Positions 37,936 through 48,086 of a DNA stretch of 64,000 bases are shown here, piece after piece (position 1 is the first letter of the stretch; every line of letters starts with the position of its first letter). The notes under the pieces are model-generated. The model was not told the origin of the DNA. It made no database searches and saw only the letters and a program-made list of their open reading frames with translations. The DNA is from Amoebidium appalachense (Eukaryota > Protista > Ichthyosporea), in the NCBI GenBank assembly GCA_963693365.1, contig CAVNZM010000001.1:1814907-1878906 (forward strand). The letters are read 5' to 3'. Made by a program: the position numbers and the translations under genes.

Positions 37936-38863
37936 CGCTGTTGTAATACGTAGTATTTACATATGGTAAGATCTTCTCAGTTTGTGTTATGTTTCAGTTC
38001 ATATGCTTAGTGTAAATGCCACACTCCTATTATGTAAAGTGTAGCATCGATCTCCGATATGCTTGTATACTTGTAATCGTGTTGTATCGGCTTTAATCGT
38101 GTATTGTAATATCGATTAGAATATTTATATGTGTGTACACGGATCCACCCACTCAGGGAGAGACGTGTACATGTTCGTGTGTACATAAATATCTCTGGTT
38201 ATAGTTATGCTATTACTATCTTGTTTGTTGATCTGTGCTCTCTTTTCCTTCCTCTTTCTCCTTCCTTATTTTCTTTTCTTTCTCTCCTTGTCTTCATGTG
38301 TATAATCGTATTTCTTTTCTACTAATATATGTTAGGTAGATTTGTGTTACTTAATACGTGTTCATTGGACGGTAACACACTTAGGCTACACTTAGAATAG
38401 CATGTGTGTTTAGACTTCATTAATTCACTTTAGTTTTCATGTGTTGCCGGGCTTTAACCAATCATCAAGGTTAAGTGTGATATGTCTGAGTCTTTGCAGT
38501 ATGTCATAGGTTAGAACTTCCTTGATGATGACACGAGTTGATCCTAACTAGTGTCTGTGTCCTATCGTGTACGCCTCCGCGTACCGGATCTCTCTGAAAG
38601 CAATTGGTTCTTAGTGATTGGTTTCTATTAGAGATGGATCTGATTTCCGACTGGTCGGAAATCATGTATGGATTGGACTTAGAGGAATTTCAGGTATTTA
38701 TTCGAAGATCAGAATAAATTCAGTTCAGTCGTGTCTAAACATTGATGTCTGTTGTGTACACTGCTCCGATCGTTCCGTGTTTTGTTGTTGTGTGTGTCTG
38801 TGGTGTTTTCACACTGCACCACTGTGTCTCTGCTTACATCCCAAATACTTATAGAAATTAACA

Positions 38864-38887
38864 GGTTATGCAGCCCTTTTGTACGCT
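38864..38887 (+). promoter_or_regulatory. Primer-binding site, half-tRNA-iMet type
   Basis: GGTTATGCAGCCCTTTTGTACGCT directly after the LTR; resembles the GGTTATG(G/A)GCCC site of Drosophila copia and yeast Ty5. Confidence 0.75.
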
Positions 38888-38925
38888 CCCTACACACATC
38901 TAGAACTCGCGCTCGTTTTTCAATC

Positions 38926-41820
38926 ATGGATCCAAACAAAACTGGCGTAAACAAAATCACCATGTGGAAAGGTGAAGGGAAGACTGGTCCCGATAGCAAA
39001 ACTACCTATTTTCAATGGGAAATCATTTTTCTCGGCATGATGACCGGCACTAAAGGTGTCCGACTCGTGGATGTTGTCCTTGCTGACAACTACGTCCCCC
39101 CTACCACCGTCGCGGTTGACGGTGAACCCCCCTTCTATGGCTACGGCACTACCGCGGAACTCAAAGAGGCCCGCAATTGCCTCCTGCTCCATATGATACA
39201 GAACATCGACCCTTCCGTCCTCACCACCGTTGCCCAGTACCGTATTGGCATGGACCCTGAACGGGCCATGTGGAAATTCCGTCAACACTATCTCCAAGGC
39301 AAACCCGATCAGATCCGCATCCTTCACCGTCAGTGGGATGCCTGTGCCCTTCAGCCCGGTGAATCATTCACCACCTACCTGAGCCGTCTGCAGACCATCG
39401 TGAACCAGCTCCAGTCTCTCCAAGATGAGTCCATTCACTTCACTCGTCTAGCTGAGAAGTTCTTCAATGAACTCACCACCAGAGACGACCTCACCCCTGA
39501 GTTCAATCGTCTTATCGAAGACTATCACTTCGGTGATAAGCTATTCCCCGACTTCGAGTCCCTCCATAACCACGTCAAGGGCATCGAGTTACGTCAAGAC
39601 CTCAAGATGCAACTCCGGAACAACCGTGCCCACCGTGCCTCCAAGTCCAGCATGGCATTAAATGCCAGTGCTCCCCCCCGTGATCTTCCTCGCCGTGACT
39701 TACGCACCCGACTTGACCGTACCTCTGGCACGGACCTCCGAACTCGTCTCTCCCGTCAGCACACCCGATCCCGTTCCCCCCACCGGCCTGCCTTCCGGTC
39801 CACGTCTCGTTCCCCCAGTCGTTCCCGTTTCTCGGGTTCCCGTCGTTCTGATTCCCCGGCTCGTTCTAACACCCCGTCCGTGAAAGAATGCTCCTACTGC
39901 CACGAGCCTGATCACACGATCATCGATTGCCCTGAGCCGAAATGCCGTATGTCCAGACACAACCGTTCCCGTCAAGGCAGTGAGAAATCTGTCTCCTTTG
40001 CTTTCTCGGCATACAATGCTAGCTCCGTCCCCGTGTCCTCCGACCCTGCCTGGGATTCCGGGTGCAACATGACTGTTTGCCCCACCCGTGAGTTCTTCCA
40101 TGACCTCACTCCCCTTCCGACACCGACTCCCGTTGCTGCCTTCAATGGCACCCCCGTCTTGGCCACTCACACCGGCCATATCGTCATCAACACCACCACC
40201 GACCATGGCACTACCACCCTAACCATTGAAGCCTACTACACCCCGTCTGGCCAAGCCTTCCTCATTTCAACATCCCAAGCTGCTGCCGAATACATCAAGG
40301 GTGATTTGAACGATGCCTCCACTCCGTCATTCCTCTTCGACCGACTCACCGGCCGTCATCTCGTCAACCTCCGTCTACACAACGGTCTGTATTACTTCAA
40401 GGACTACACCATTCAACCACCCACTCGTCCTGTGGCTCTGGCTGCCACTACCAGTGTTAACCCATCCATCTGGCACCATCGTCTGGGGCACCGAGCTATG
40501 ACCAGCATCAAGGACATGGTGAAACACGACCTTGTTATTGGTCTCCCCTCCTCTGTCCTCGACTGTGATGTTCCTGATTGTCATGGCTGCATTATGGGTA
40601 AGACCACCAAGGCTCCGTTCAGGGGTGACCGTCCTCACTCCAACATCCCCGGTCATGAATGGCATTGGGATTTTTTTGAGCCTACCACAACATCGTACGG
40701 AGGTTCCAAGGTTGCTCTCGTCACTGTCTGCCGTGCCTCTGGCCTCGTCAAGATCTACCCGATGGCCGACCGTACCACCACCCTGGATATTCTCACAGCT
40801 CACACCAACCTCGTTGCCACCCATGCCCCCTCCAAAGTTGGTGTTTACCACTTCGACTCCGGCTCTGAGTTCACCTCCAAGGATACCCGTGCTTTTTGCC
40901 TCTCCCAGGGCATCAAGGCCAGCTATGCTCCGGTGGACTGCCCTCAACTGAACGGCTATGTTGAACGACGTATGCGGTTCCTCCAAGAGATTGTCCGTTG
41001 CCTCCTCCATCAAGTCCAAGATCAGTCTCTGTCTCCCCAACTGTGGGCTGAGGCCCTCCAACATGCCGCCTACATCATCAACGTCACCCCGTCCACGACT
41101 GCCAATGGTCGTACACCATTCGAGGTTTTCTACGGTGTCAAGCCCGACATCTCCGAGCTCAAAGTGTTCGGTTGCCCTGCCTACACTCACGTGCCAGCCT
41201 CTAAACGGAACAAGCTGGCCCCCACCGTCAAACTCGGCATGTATATCGGCTATGATCTTCAATCACACTGCCACCGGATCTTCAATGCCACCACCCATCG
41301 TGTCGGCCTCTTCCGTGATGTGATTTTCGACGAATCAGCTTATCTCCCGTCCGACATTCCATCAACCTTTCCGACCCCCGACACCACTGCTACCTCGACC
41401 ACCCCACCCCCCACAGTTGACACTGAAGATGATGTTTGTCTGGTGTACTCTGGCCCCCCTCCTGCCATCGTCGTTCCCCCGACACCCCCCCCCCACCGGC
41501 CCCCCTGCCCCCGTGCCCGTCCAGCCTGCCGACCCTCATCCTGGCCCTGGCAACGTCACACCCATCCGACCCGGCTCCCCCGACAACTTCCACTCGGCCC
41601 CGTCCAGCCCGGAGGTTGCCCCCCCTGCACTTCCGAACTTCCAAGTTCCCCCCCCACCGTCTCCACCTACCCCGGTTCCTGCACCCCGTCGTTCTGCCCG
41701 TCTCCAGGGCAAGGTTGGACTTCAAGCCACCACCACCCTGCCAGTCCCCCCCGGTCCCCCCATCAACATCGACCAACTACCCAAACTTGTCCGTCAACTC
41801 TGTTCCGGACCCAATGGTGA
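38926..41820 (+). CDS. Copia Gag-protease-integrase frame (copy 4)
   Basis: Zn knuckle, DSG protease, HHCC and DDE motifs; frame open from 38752. Confidence 0.92.
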   Translation: MDPNKTGVNKITMWKGEGKTGPDSKTTYFQWEIIFLGMMTGTKGVRLVDVVLADNYVPPTTVAVDGEPPFYGYGTTAELKEARNCLLLHMIQNIDPSVLTTVAQYRIGMDPERAMWKFRQHYLQGKPDQIRILHRQWDACALQPGESFTTYLSRLQTIVNQLQSLQDESIHFTRLAEKFFNELTTRDDLTPEFNRLIEDYHFGDKLFPDFESLHNHVKGIELRQDLKMQLRNNRAHRASKSSMALNASAPPRDLPRRDLRTRLDRTSGTDLRTRLSRQHTRSRSPHRPAFRSTSRSPSRSRFSGSRRSDSPARSNTPSVKECSYCHEPDHTIIDCPEPKCRMSRHNRSRQGSEKSVSFAFSAYNASSVPVSSDPAWDSGCNMTVCPTREFFHDLTPLPTPTPVAAFNGTPVLATHTGHIVINTTTDHGTTTLTIEAYYTPSGQAFLISTSQAAAEYIKGDLNDASTPSFLFDRLTGRHLVNLRLHNGLYYFKDYTIQPPTRPVALAATTSVNPSIWHHRLGHRAMTSIKDMVKHDLVIGLPSSVLDCDVPDCHGCIMGKTTKAPFRGDRPHSNIPGHEWHWDFFEPTTTSYGGSKVALVTVCRASGLVKIYPMADRTTTLDILTAHTNLVATHAPSKVGVYHFDSGSEFTSKDTRAFCLSQGIKASYAPVDCPQLNGYVERRMRFLQEIVRCLLHQVQDQSLSPQLWAEALQHAAYIINVTPSTTANGRTPFEVFYGVKPDISELKVFGCPAYTHVPASKRNKLAPTVKLGMYIGYDLQSHCHRIFNATTHRVGLFRDVIFDESAYLPSDIPSTFPTPDTTATSTTPPPTVDTEDDVCLVYSGPPPAIVVPPTPPPHRPPCPRARPACRPSSWPWQRHTHPTRLPRQLPLGPVQPGGCPPCTSELPSSPPTVSTYPGSCTPSFCPSPGQGWTSSHHHPASPPRSPHQHRPTTQTCPSTLFRTQW

Positions 41821-43333
41821 TCAGGTCAAGTCAGCCCTGACTGCTGAGTATCAAGCCTTCGTCGACAAAGACATCTTTGAACTTGTTGACCCTCCCCCTG
41901 GTGCTAACATCGTCGGCTTCAAGTGGATTGTCTCCGAGAAAACTCTCAACTCGGCTGGTGACACCAAGATCAAGGCACGTGGTGTTGCTCAAGGCTTCAG
42001 TCAGCAATACGGTGTTGACTATGAGTTGATTGAGAGCCCTGTCATCCGTCCGGCTGCTCTCCGTGCCATCCTAGCTCTGGCCGTTGTTGAAGGTCATGAC
42101 ATACATCAACTCGACGTGTCTACGGCCTTTCTCAACAGCCCACTCACCGAGACCATCTACATGAAACAACCCCCGGGATTCATCACCATGGCCACACTTG
42201 GCAAGGTCTGGAGACTCAAGAAAGCCCTGTACGGCCTCAAGCAAGCCTCCAAGGCTTGGTACGACTTCCTCGACGGCATTCTTCTTGCCCATGGCCTGAC
42301 CCGTACTAAGACCGACCCGTGCATCTACCTCCGGTTCTTCCCCAACAACGATGTGGTACGGGCTGGTAACTACGTCGATGACTCCACCATCACCAACACC
42401 CGGGGTTCTACTGCTGCCAGTGACCTGGCTGCCCACATCAGCAAGATGGCCAGCTGTCGTATGAGTCCATTTGACCGTATGCTCGGTGTTGATTTTAATC
42501 ACTCTGATCCCCATCACCTCCACATGCACCAGAGGTCTTACATCATGGATATCATCCACGACTTCAACCTCACCGATGCCAAGTCCAAGTCTACCCCCAT
42601 CCCTGCAGGCACCACCGTCTCCCTGGCTGATTGCCCCCCCCAACCGTTCACCGTGCCCTACCGTGAGTTACTCGGCCGTCTCCTCTGGGTGGCACGGTGC
42701 ACACGTCCCGACATTGCCTATGCCATCGGCTTCCTTGGTCGGTTCAGCACCAACCCCGGCAAGACTCACTGGGACCTTCTCCGTCGTGTGGCCCGGTACC
42801 TGCTCGGCACCATTGACCTTGGCATTGACTACAAGTACTCGGCCACCCAGTCCCCCATACTCGAATGCTACACGGATGCTGACTTTGCTGGTTGTGCCGA
42901 CAGCAAGAAGTCTACCACCGGCTACATTATCGTGTTTGCTGGTATGCCCGTCATCTGGTACTCCAAGCTCCAGCCCATCACGGCCACCAGCACCACTGAA
43001 GCTGAGCTGATTGCTCTCAATGCTGGCACCCAAGAAGTTGCTTGGGTCCGTGACCTCTTCAAGGAACTCGGCTGTCCCATGCTTGCTCCGACTCCGGTGT
43101 ACTGTGACAACCAGTCGACCATTGCCATCGTCAACTCCACCGGCATCAAGCACCGTACCAAACACATTGCCGTCCGGTATCACAACACCAAGGACTACAT
43201 TGCCAGTGGGGACGTGGTTGTCCACTACGTTGAGTCAGCCCACAACTTAGCTGACATACTCACCAAACCCCTCCCCGGCCCGAGTCATGTCCACCATCGT
43301 GCTCGACTTTGTTTACCGGATATTGTGGATTGA
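41417..43333 (+). CDS. Copia RT-RNase H frame (copy 4)
   Basis: YVDD and RNaseH D-E-D-D motifs intact; +1 frame relative to the upstream ORF. Confidence 0.92.
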   Translation: MTLKMMFVWCTLAPLLPSSFPRHPPPTGPPAPVPVQPADPHPGPGNVTPIRPGSPDNFHSAPSSPEVAPPALPNFQVPPPPSPPTPVPAPRRSARLQGKVGLQATTTLPVPPGPPINIDQLPKLVRQLCSGPNGDQVKSALTAEYQAFVDKDIFELVDPPPGANIVGFKWIVSEKTLNSAGDTKIKARGVAQGFSQQYGVDYELIESPVIRPAALRAILALAVVEGHDIHQLDVSTAFLNSPLTETIYMKQPPGFITMATLGKVWRLKKALYGLKQASKAWYDFLDGILLAHGLTRTKTDPCIYLRFFPNNDVVRAGNYVDDSTITNTRGSTAASDLAAHISKMASCRMSPFDRMLGVDFNHSDPHHLHMHQRSYIMDIIHDFNLTDAKSKSTPIPAGTTVSLADCPPQPFTVPYRELLGRLLWVARCTRPDIAYAIGFLGRFSTNPGKTHWDLLRRVARYLLGTIDLGIDYKYSATQSPILECYTDADFAGCADSKKSTTGYIIVFAGMPVIWYSKLQPITATSTTEAELIALNAGTQEVAWVRDLFKELGCPMLAPTPVYCDNQSTIAIVNSTGIKHRTKHIAVRYHNTKDYIASGDVVVHYVESAHNLADILTKPLPGPSHVHHRARLCLPDIVD

Positions 43334-43706
43334 CCCGACCTACTTCAAGAGTGATTTTCTCATGTGTACTACTTACTTTATCAACATCATTATATCATAT
43401 GTATTGCCTTTGTGGGTATGCCCACTTAGGGTTTATATATAAGGTTTGACCTGTACCATCACTCTACTCTATCTTTCACTGGTTTAAAACCCAGTTAATC
43501 AAACACCGCCTATACACGTTATATATATTCGTTGTTTTTGCCCCGGTTCCTTCCCCCCCCCCTCCCCCCCCCCCCCCTTCCCCCCCCCCTTCCCCCCCCC
43601 CCCCCCTTCCCCCCCCCCCCCCTCCCCCCCTCCCCCTCTCTCCCCCCCCCCCCCCCCCCCGGGAAAAGTACACACTTTAATTTTTTTTTTTCCGTTTCTG
43701 TTCTCA

Positions 43707-43771
43707 AGTGGGGAGATTTCACTAGTTCAGTGGGGATATGATAACACAAACTTCAAAGTCTTAAGTGGGGA
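43707..43771 (+). promoter_or_regulatory. Polypurine tract, present three times (AGTGGGGA)
   Basis: Copies at 43707, 43729 and 43764; the last abuts the TG of the 3' LTR. Confidence 0.8.
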
Positions 43772-44738
43772 TGTTGTAATACGTAGTATTTACATATGGT
43801 AAGATCTTCTCAGTTTGTGTTATGTTTCAGTTCATATGCTTAGTGTAAATGCCACACTCCTATTATGTAAAGTGTAGCATCGATCTCCGATATGCTTGTA
43901 TACTTGTAATCGTGTTGTATCGGCTTTAATCGTGTATTGTAATATCGATTAGAATATTTATATGTGTGTACACGGATCCACCCACTCAGGGAGAGACGTG
44001 TACATGTTCGTGTGTACATAAATATCTCTGGTTATAGTTATGCTATTACTATCTTGTTTGTTGATCTGTGCTCTCTTTTCCTTCCTCTTTCTCCTTCCTT
44101 ATTTTCTTTTCTTTCTCTCCTTGTCTTCATGTGTATAATCGTATTTCTTTTCTACTAATATATGTTAGGTAGATTTGTGTTACTTAATACGTGTTCATTG
44201 GACGGTAACACACTTAGGCTACACTTAGAATAGCATGTGTGTTTAGACTTCATTAATTCACTTTAGTTTTCATGTGTTGCCGGGCTTTAACCAATCATCA
44301 AGGTTAAGTGTGATATGTCTGAGTCTTTGCAGTATGTCATAGGTTAGAACTTCCTTGATGATGACACGAGTTGATCCTAACTAGTGTCTGTGTCCTATCG
44401 TGTACGCCTCCGCGTACCGGATCTCTCTGAAAGCAATTGGTTCTTAGTGATTGGTTTCTATTAGAGATGGATCTGATTTCCGACTGGTCGGAAATCATGT
44501 ATGGATTGGACTTAGAGGAATTTCAGGTATTTATTCGAAGATCAGAATAAATTCAGTTCAGTCGTGTCTAAACATTGATGTCTGTTGTGTACACTGCTCC
44601 GATCGTTCCGTGTTTTGTTGTTGTGTGTGTCTGTGGTGTTTTCACACTGCACCACTGTGTCTCTGCTTACATCCCAAATACTTATAGAAATTAACACACG
44701 CCCCACCGTAAAAAGAAGTATGTCGTCCTCGACATACG

Positions 44739-45452
44739 TCACCATGCTCCACACAATGAGTCAATGTATCCGTGGAACGATGCAAGGTCACCTCTGCGTT
44801 GGTGGAACTCTCGGATCTTGTACGGGCAGGCTAAGTCTTTCTCACACTCCCAAGAGGTGAATGAATGATCTTTGCCTGCCCACTTGATCTGGTACCACTT
44901 GTAAGGGGTGGATTGCTTGCGCCGTTTCTGAATTCTTACGTCAAGCACCTTTTCCACCACCCACTCATCCGGCAGAACCTTGTTGAAGTTGTGACTATCG
45001 CCCGTGTCCGGGAGGTGAGAGAGATCTTGAGGCCGAATTCTATTTTGCTCACTCAATTCAAGCTGAATATCGTCCACGTGCCACTTAGATTTCTTCATAG
45101 TTGCTAAGCTTCGGATCTCGTACGTGACCGGGCCGACCCTTTTGACGATTTCGTAACCCGTAATCCACCGTACATCCCAGGCACCGATATTTTTGGCTTG
45201 ATTCCGAACACGTATCCGTGCACCCTTCTTAAATTCACGAGCCATCGAGGGGCCTGGGGGCTCTCGTACGGCACGTTGCTGGACCACAGCACGGAGCAGA
45301 GGCAGACGGGCTAGTATCTCTCGCCGGTATGCCTTCCACTCTGGGTCCTTGAGTGCCGGGTGGTTACTGCTAAGAAGGGCAACGTCAGGGAATTGTGTTG
45401 CCTCTTGCCCGTACACAAGATAATACGGTGTACATTGCAAAATTTTGTGTGC
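44739..45452 (-). pseudogene. Ty3/gypsy integrase C-terminus with GPY/F-like motif and chromodomain (chromovirus-like)
   Basis: TPYYLVYGQ, GYEIVKRVGPVTYEI...WHVDDI, WVVEKVLD...YQIKWAG...SWE; followed by PPT-like GGTGGGGCG. Confidence 0.88.
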
Positions 45453-46061
45453 TGTTGTATAATATGATCGTGTGTCTGTGACAAACAATATGTTTATAAA
45501 TGAACGGGGTTGACTAGACCACGCTTTGCTTAGTTACGTGCTAGTCCTACTTACACCTAGTAAGCCGAGCACACTGAGTGAGCTCTGAAGCCCCCGACAT
45601 GCCCTTATATCGGAGCTCGCACAGCGGCTCAGACATGCGCATCGGTATGTGCTTTTTGGCTACGAGCCAATCACATACGGTTCACGGTTCTGTCCCATGG
45701 CTATCACGGTTCCAATAAACTTAGTGAGCCAATCGGGTGACAGTACTTGACTATCGATGCATTCCACAGTCATACCTCACGGCTACTTGCATATTTTCCC
45801 ATGATAAAACTATAACTTAACACTCATGGTTCCCCTACTACGTGTCGGTCCCATGTGACTATTATATCTGTTTTCCCATGAATAATTCTGCAAGCTGCAC
45901 GTGCACATATGTTTAACTTCTTGCTCATGCGCACAAGACTGGGGGGAGACATGCATACTGGCCTACCTAAGATCAGACACAGTGGTATATATACATGTAC
46001 ACGTGTGCGTATATCTCAACCTGTGTACATCCATACTAGATATCCGGTATAATATACCACA
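45453..46061 (-). repeat. Complete LTR-C (609 bp)
   Basis: Terminal inverted repeat TGTTGTATAATAT / ATAATATACCACA; flanks TGTGC vs ATGGC. Confidence 0.85.
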
Positions 46062-47020
46062 ATGGCATCAACGAATTTCTCGGCAATGGTGGTTCTTATG
46101 AAACGGTGGATGAGTGGCTCCCACTCGAAATAGTTGAGACACTTCTCATCCTTCTTCTCGGACGGATTCCATTGTGGAAGGTTGATGTACGACGGTTTGT
46201 CAGTCATGGTTGAAGCAGTATGTACGGAGGAATTTCGCGGTTGTAACGAGATTGTGTGTTAGCGTGCAAAGGGGCCGTAAACCTGTTATTTTTGTGTGGG
46301 TAAACGGAGAAGCAGAGAGCACAGATGGGTGTAAGTTATACACAACACAGAGACAAACGGGAGAAACACAACCGGAGAGGTGGAACGATTACTGGGACCA
46401 TAGGAAACAAATTCGACTGCTTGATATTTATTTCAAGATGAAGTTCCTTTTATACTCAGGAATGTGAAATCGATAAACCAATCAAAAGAACGAAAACTCT
46501 ATTTTCCAATCAGAAAGACGAAAACTATGAGGGTAAAATAAATCGATCGAAATGCCTGTCGACACATAGAAGATAAAACACAATCCTCTAAAGAAAGTAA
46601 TCTTCTAATAAAAGGTACAGAAACATTTAACAAAATGAAACCACTTATGTATTTATTAGTTCACATCATATATTTATACATGTTCTACGTCGTGGGAAAG
46701 GAAGGAAAAGGAATGAGGATAGAAAGGAATGGAATGGGAAAGGAATCGAATAGAATTAATGAGGAATGTAGGTTACTATATTTGGGATAATATAACGAGA
46801 TCTGATTGGACAACATATTTAGATATTGACGCAAACAACAATACGTGTGCGCGGGCTAAATATCTCGATGTGTACACAGATCTAAGATATCGGTGCACAC
46901 GGAGGAAAGGAAAGAAGGAAAGGAAGAAAGGAAAAGGGAAAATGAAACAAACTACAACAAACTAATAAACACATATAAAACTCAACTTCTAAGTCTTGCC
47001 GATAATCATGGGAAGATGAC

Positions 47021-47021
<1 letters not shown>
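46062..47021 (-). mobile_element. 5' fragment of a diverged Copia-B copy (LTR 46284-47021, PBS, first ~48 codons of gag)
   Basis: MTDKPSYINLP...AEKFVDAI cut by LTR-C; LTR abuts a poly-C tract of LTR-D. Confidence 0.9.
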
Positions 47022-47053
<32 letters not shown>

Positions 47054-47780
47054 TATATCTCTCTCCCTTGTTTCTGTGAGCACAGATATCTGTAGATCTG
47101 TGCACACCTGGCTCTCTTGCCTGATAAGAACTGATTGTATTATATTTCTGTTTGCTCTCCTCTGTTTATCTGAGAGGTAGCATGATTGGCTAGCTACACT
47201 CGTTGTCTTTCCTTTATTTCAAAATGGCTTAGTTTTGTTCTCAAAAAGATGGCTCGCCAATAGTCGCGAGCGAGTACATCTGTAGATCGTGTTGTGCATT
47301 CCTGTCTATTAATACATGTGTGTTGTGATTGGACAATAGATATATATGGAATTCGGTTTATTGAAAGTGTCTTCACTTTGAGAGTGTCGACTATTAGGAA
47401 ATATATGTATTTAAATAAGTTTCTTTATAGAGACGAACATAAATATATATGTGATTTAATAGTGACTAGATGTATAATTACTTAATTTATTTAAGTAAGA
47501 GTTTCTAAATTTTAGTTTAATCGGAAGTTGGAATGCGTATGCTCTGTTGGAATGTGTTTTTCTATCTTCTGATAGAACCGATTGGTTCTCCCTCTTTAGT
47601 TGTGATAATGTGATAAGTCGCAAGTACAAAAGGAACCGAGAGCACAATAAAGAGTCAGTTGTTGTTTGAAGCTTTCAATGTCTCGTGAACAACTCCGATT
47701 GCCCTCTCATTAATGTGTTAGTCGTGTTATACATGACAACTCTGTGCACTCTGCTCCCTTAGACCCGTACAAAAACAACA
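47022..47780 (+). repeat. LTR family D, 3' portion
   Basis: Homologous to ~52545-53271; ends AAAACAACA. Confidence 0.8.
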
Positions 47781-48086
47781 CCTGCTGGGCAACATCACTG
47801 TGGTCCCGGTGGCTTCTGCTGACAACAAGGCCGACATGTTCACCAAGGCCCTGTCTGCCTCTTTCTTCACCAAGGCCTTGGGGATGCTCAACATGTGCTG
47901 AGCACCCGTCATCAACCAACTGCGCCCTCATACTTCAGGGGGGGGAGAGAGTTGCATCCGACTGTGCAACTACGTGTACCATACTAAAATTGAGTAGGGG
48001 TATCTTTATTGTCTGTATTTTGTGCACCTGAAGCACTCGAGCTCAGTTGCATTAATTCATACCACAATTATCCAATTGAGTAGGGG
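47781..48086 (+). mobile_element. 3' end of a further copia family: RNase H C-terminus, duplicated PPT, putative LTR starting at 48087
   Basis: VASADNKADMFTKAL...stop at 47901; TGAGTAGGGG at 47991 and 48077, then TGTTGG. Confidence 0.7.

Larger units (their letters stand above)
37939..44696 (+). mobile_element. Full-length Copia-A copy 4 (6758 bp), recent insertion
   Basis: 925-bp LTRs 37939-38863 and 43772-44696 with no difference seen by eye; TSD CACGC at 37934-37938 and 44697-44701; PBS; PPT. Confidence 0.97.
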
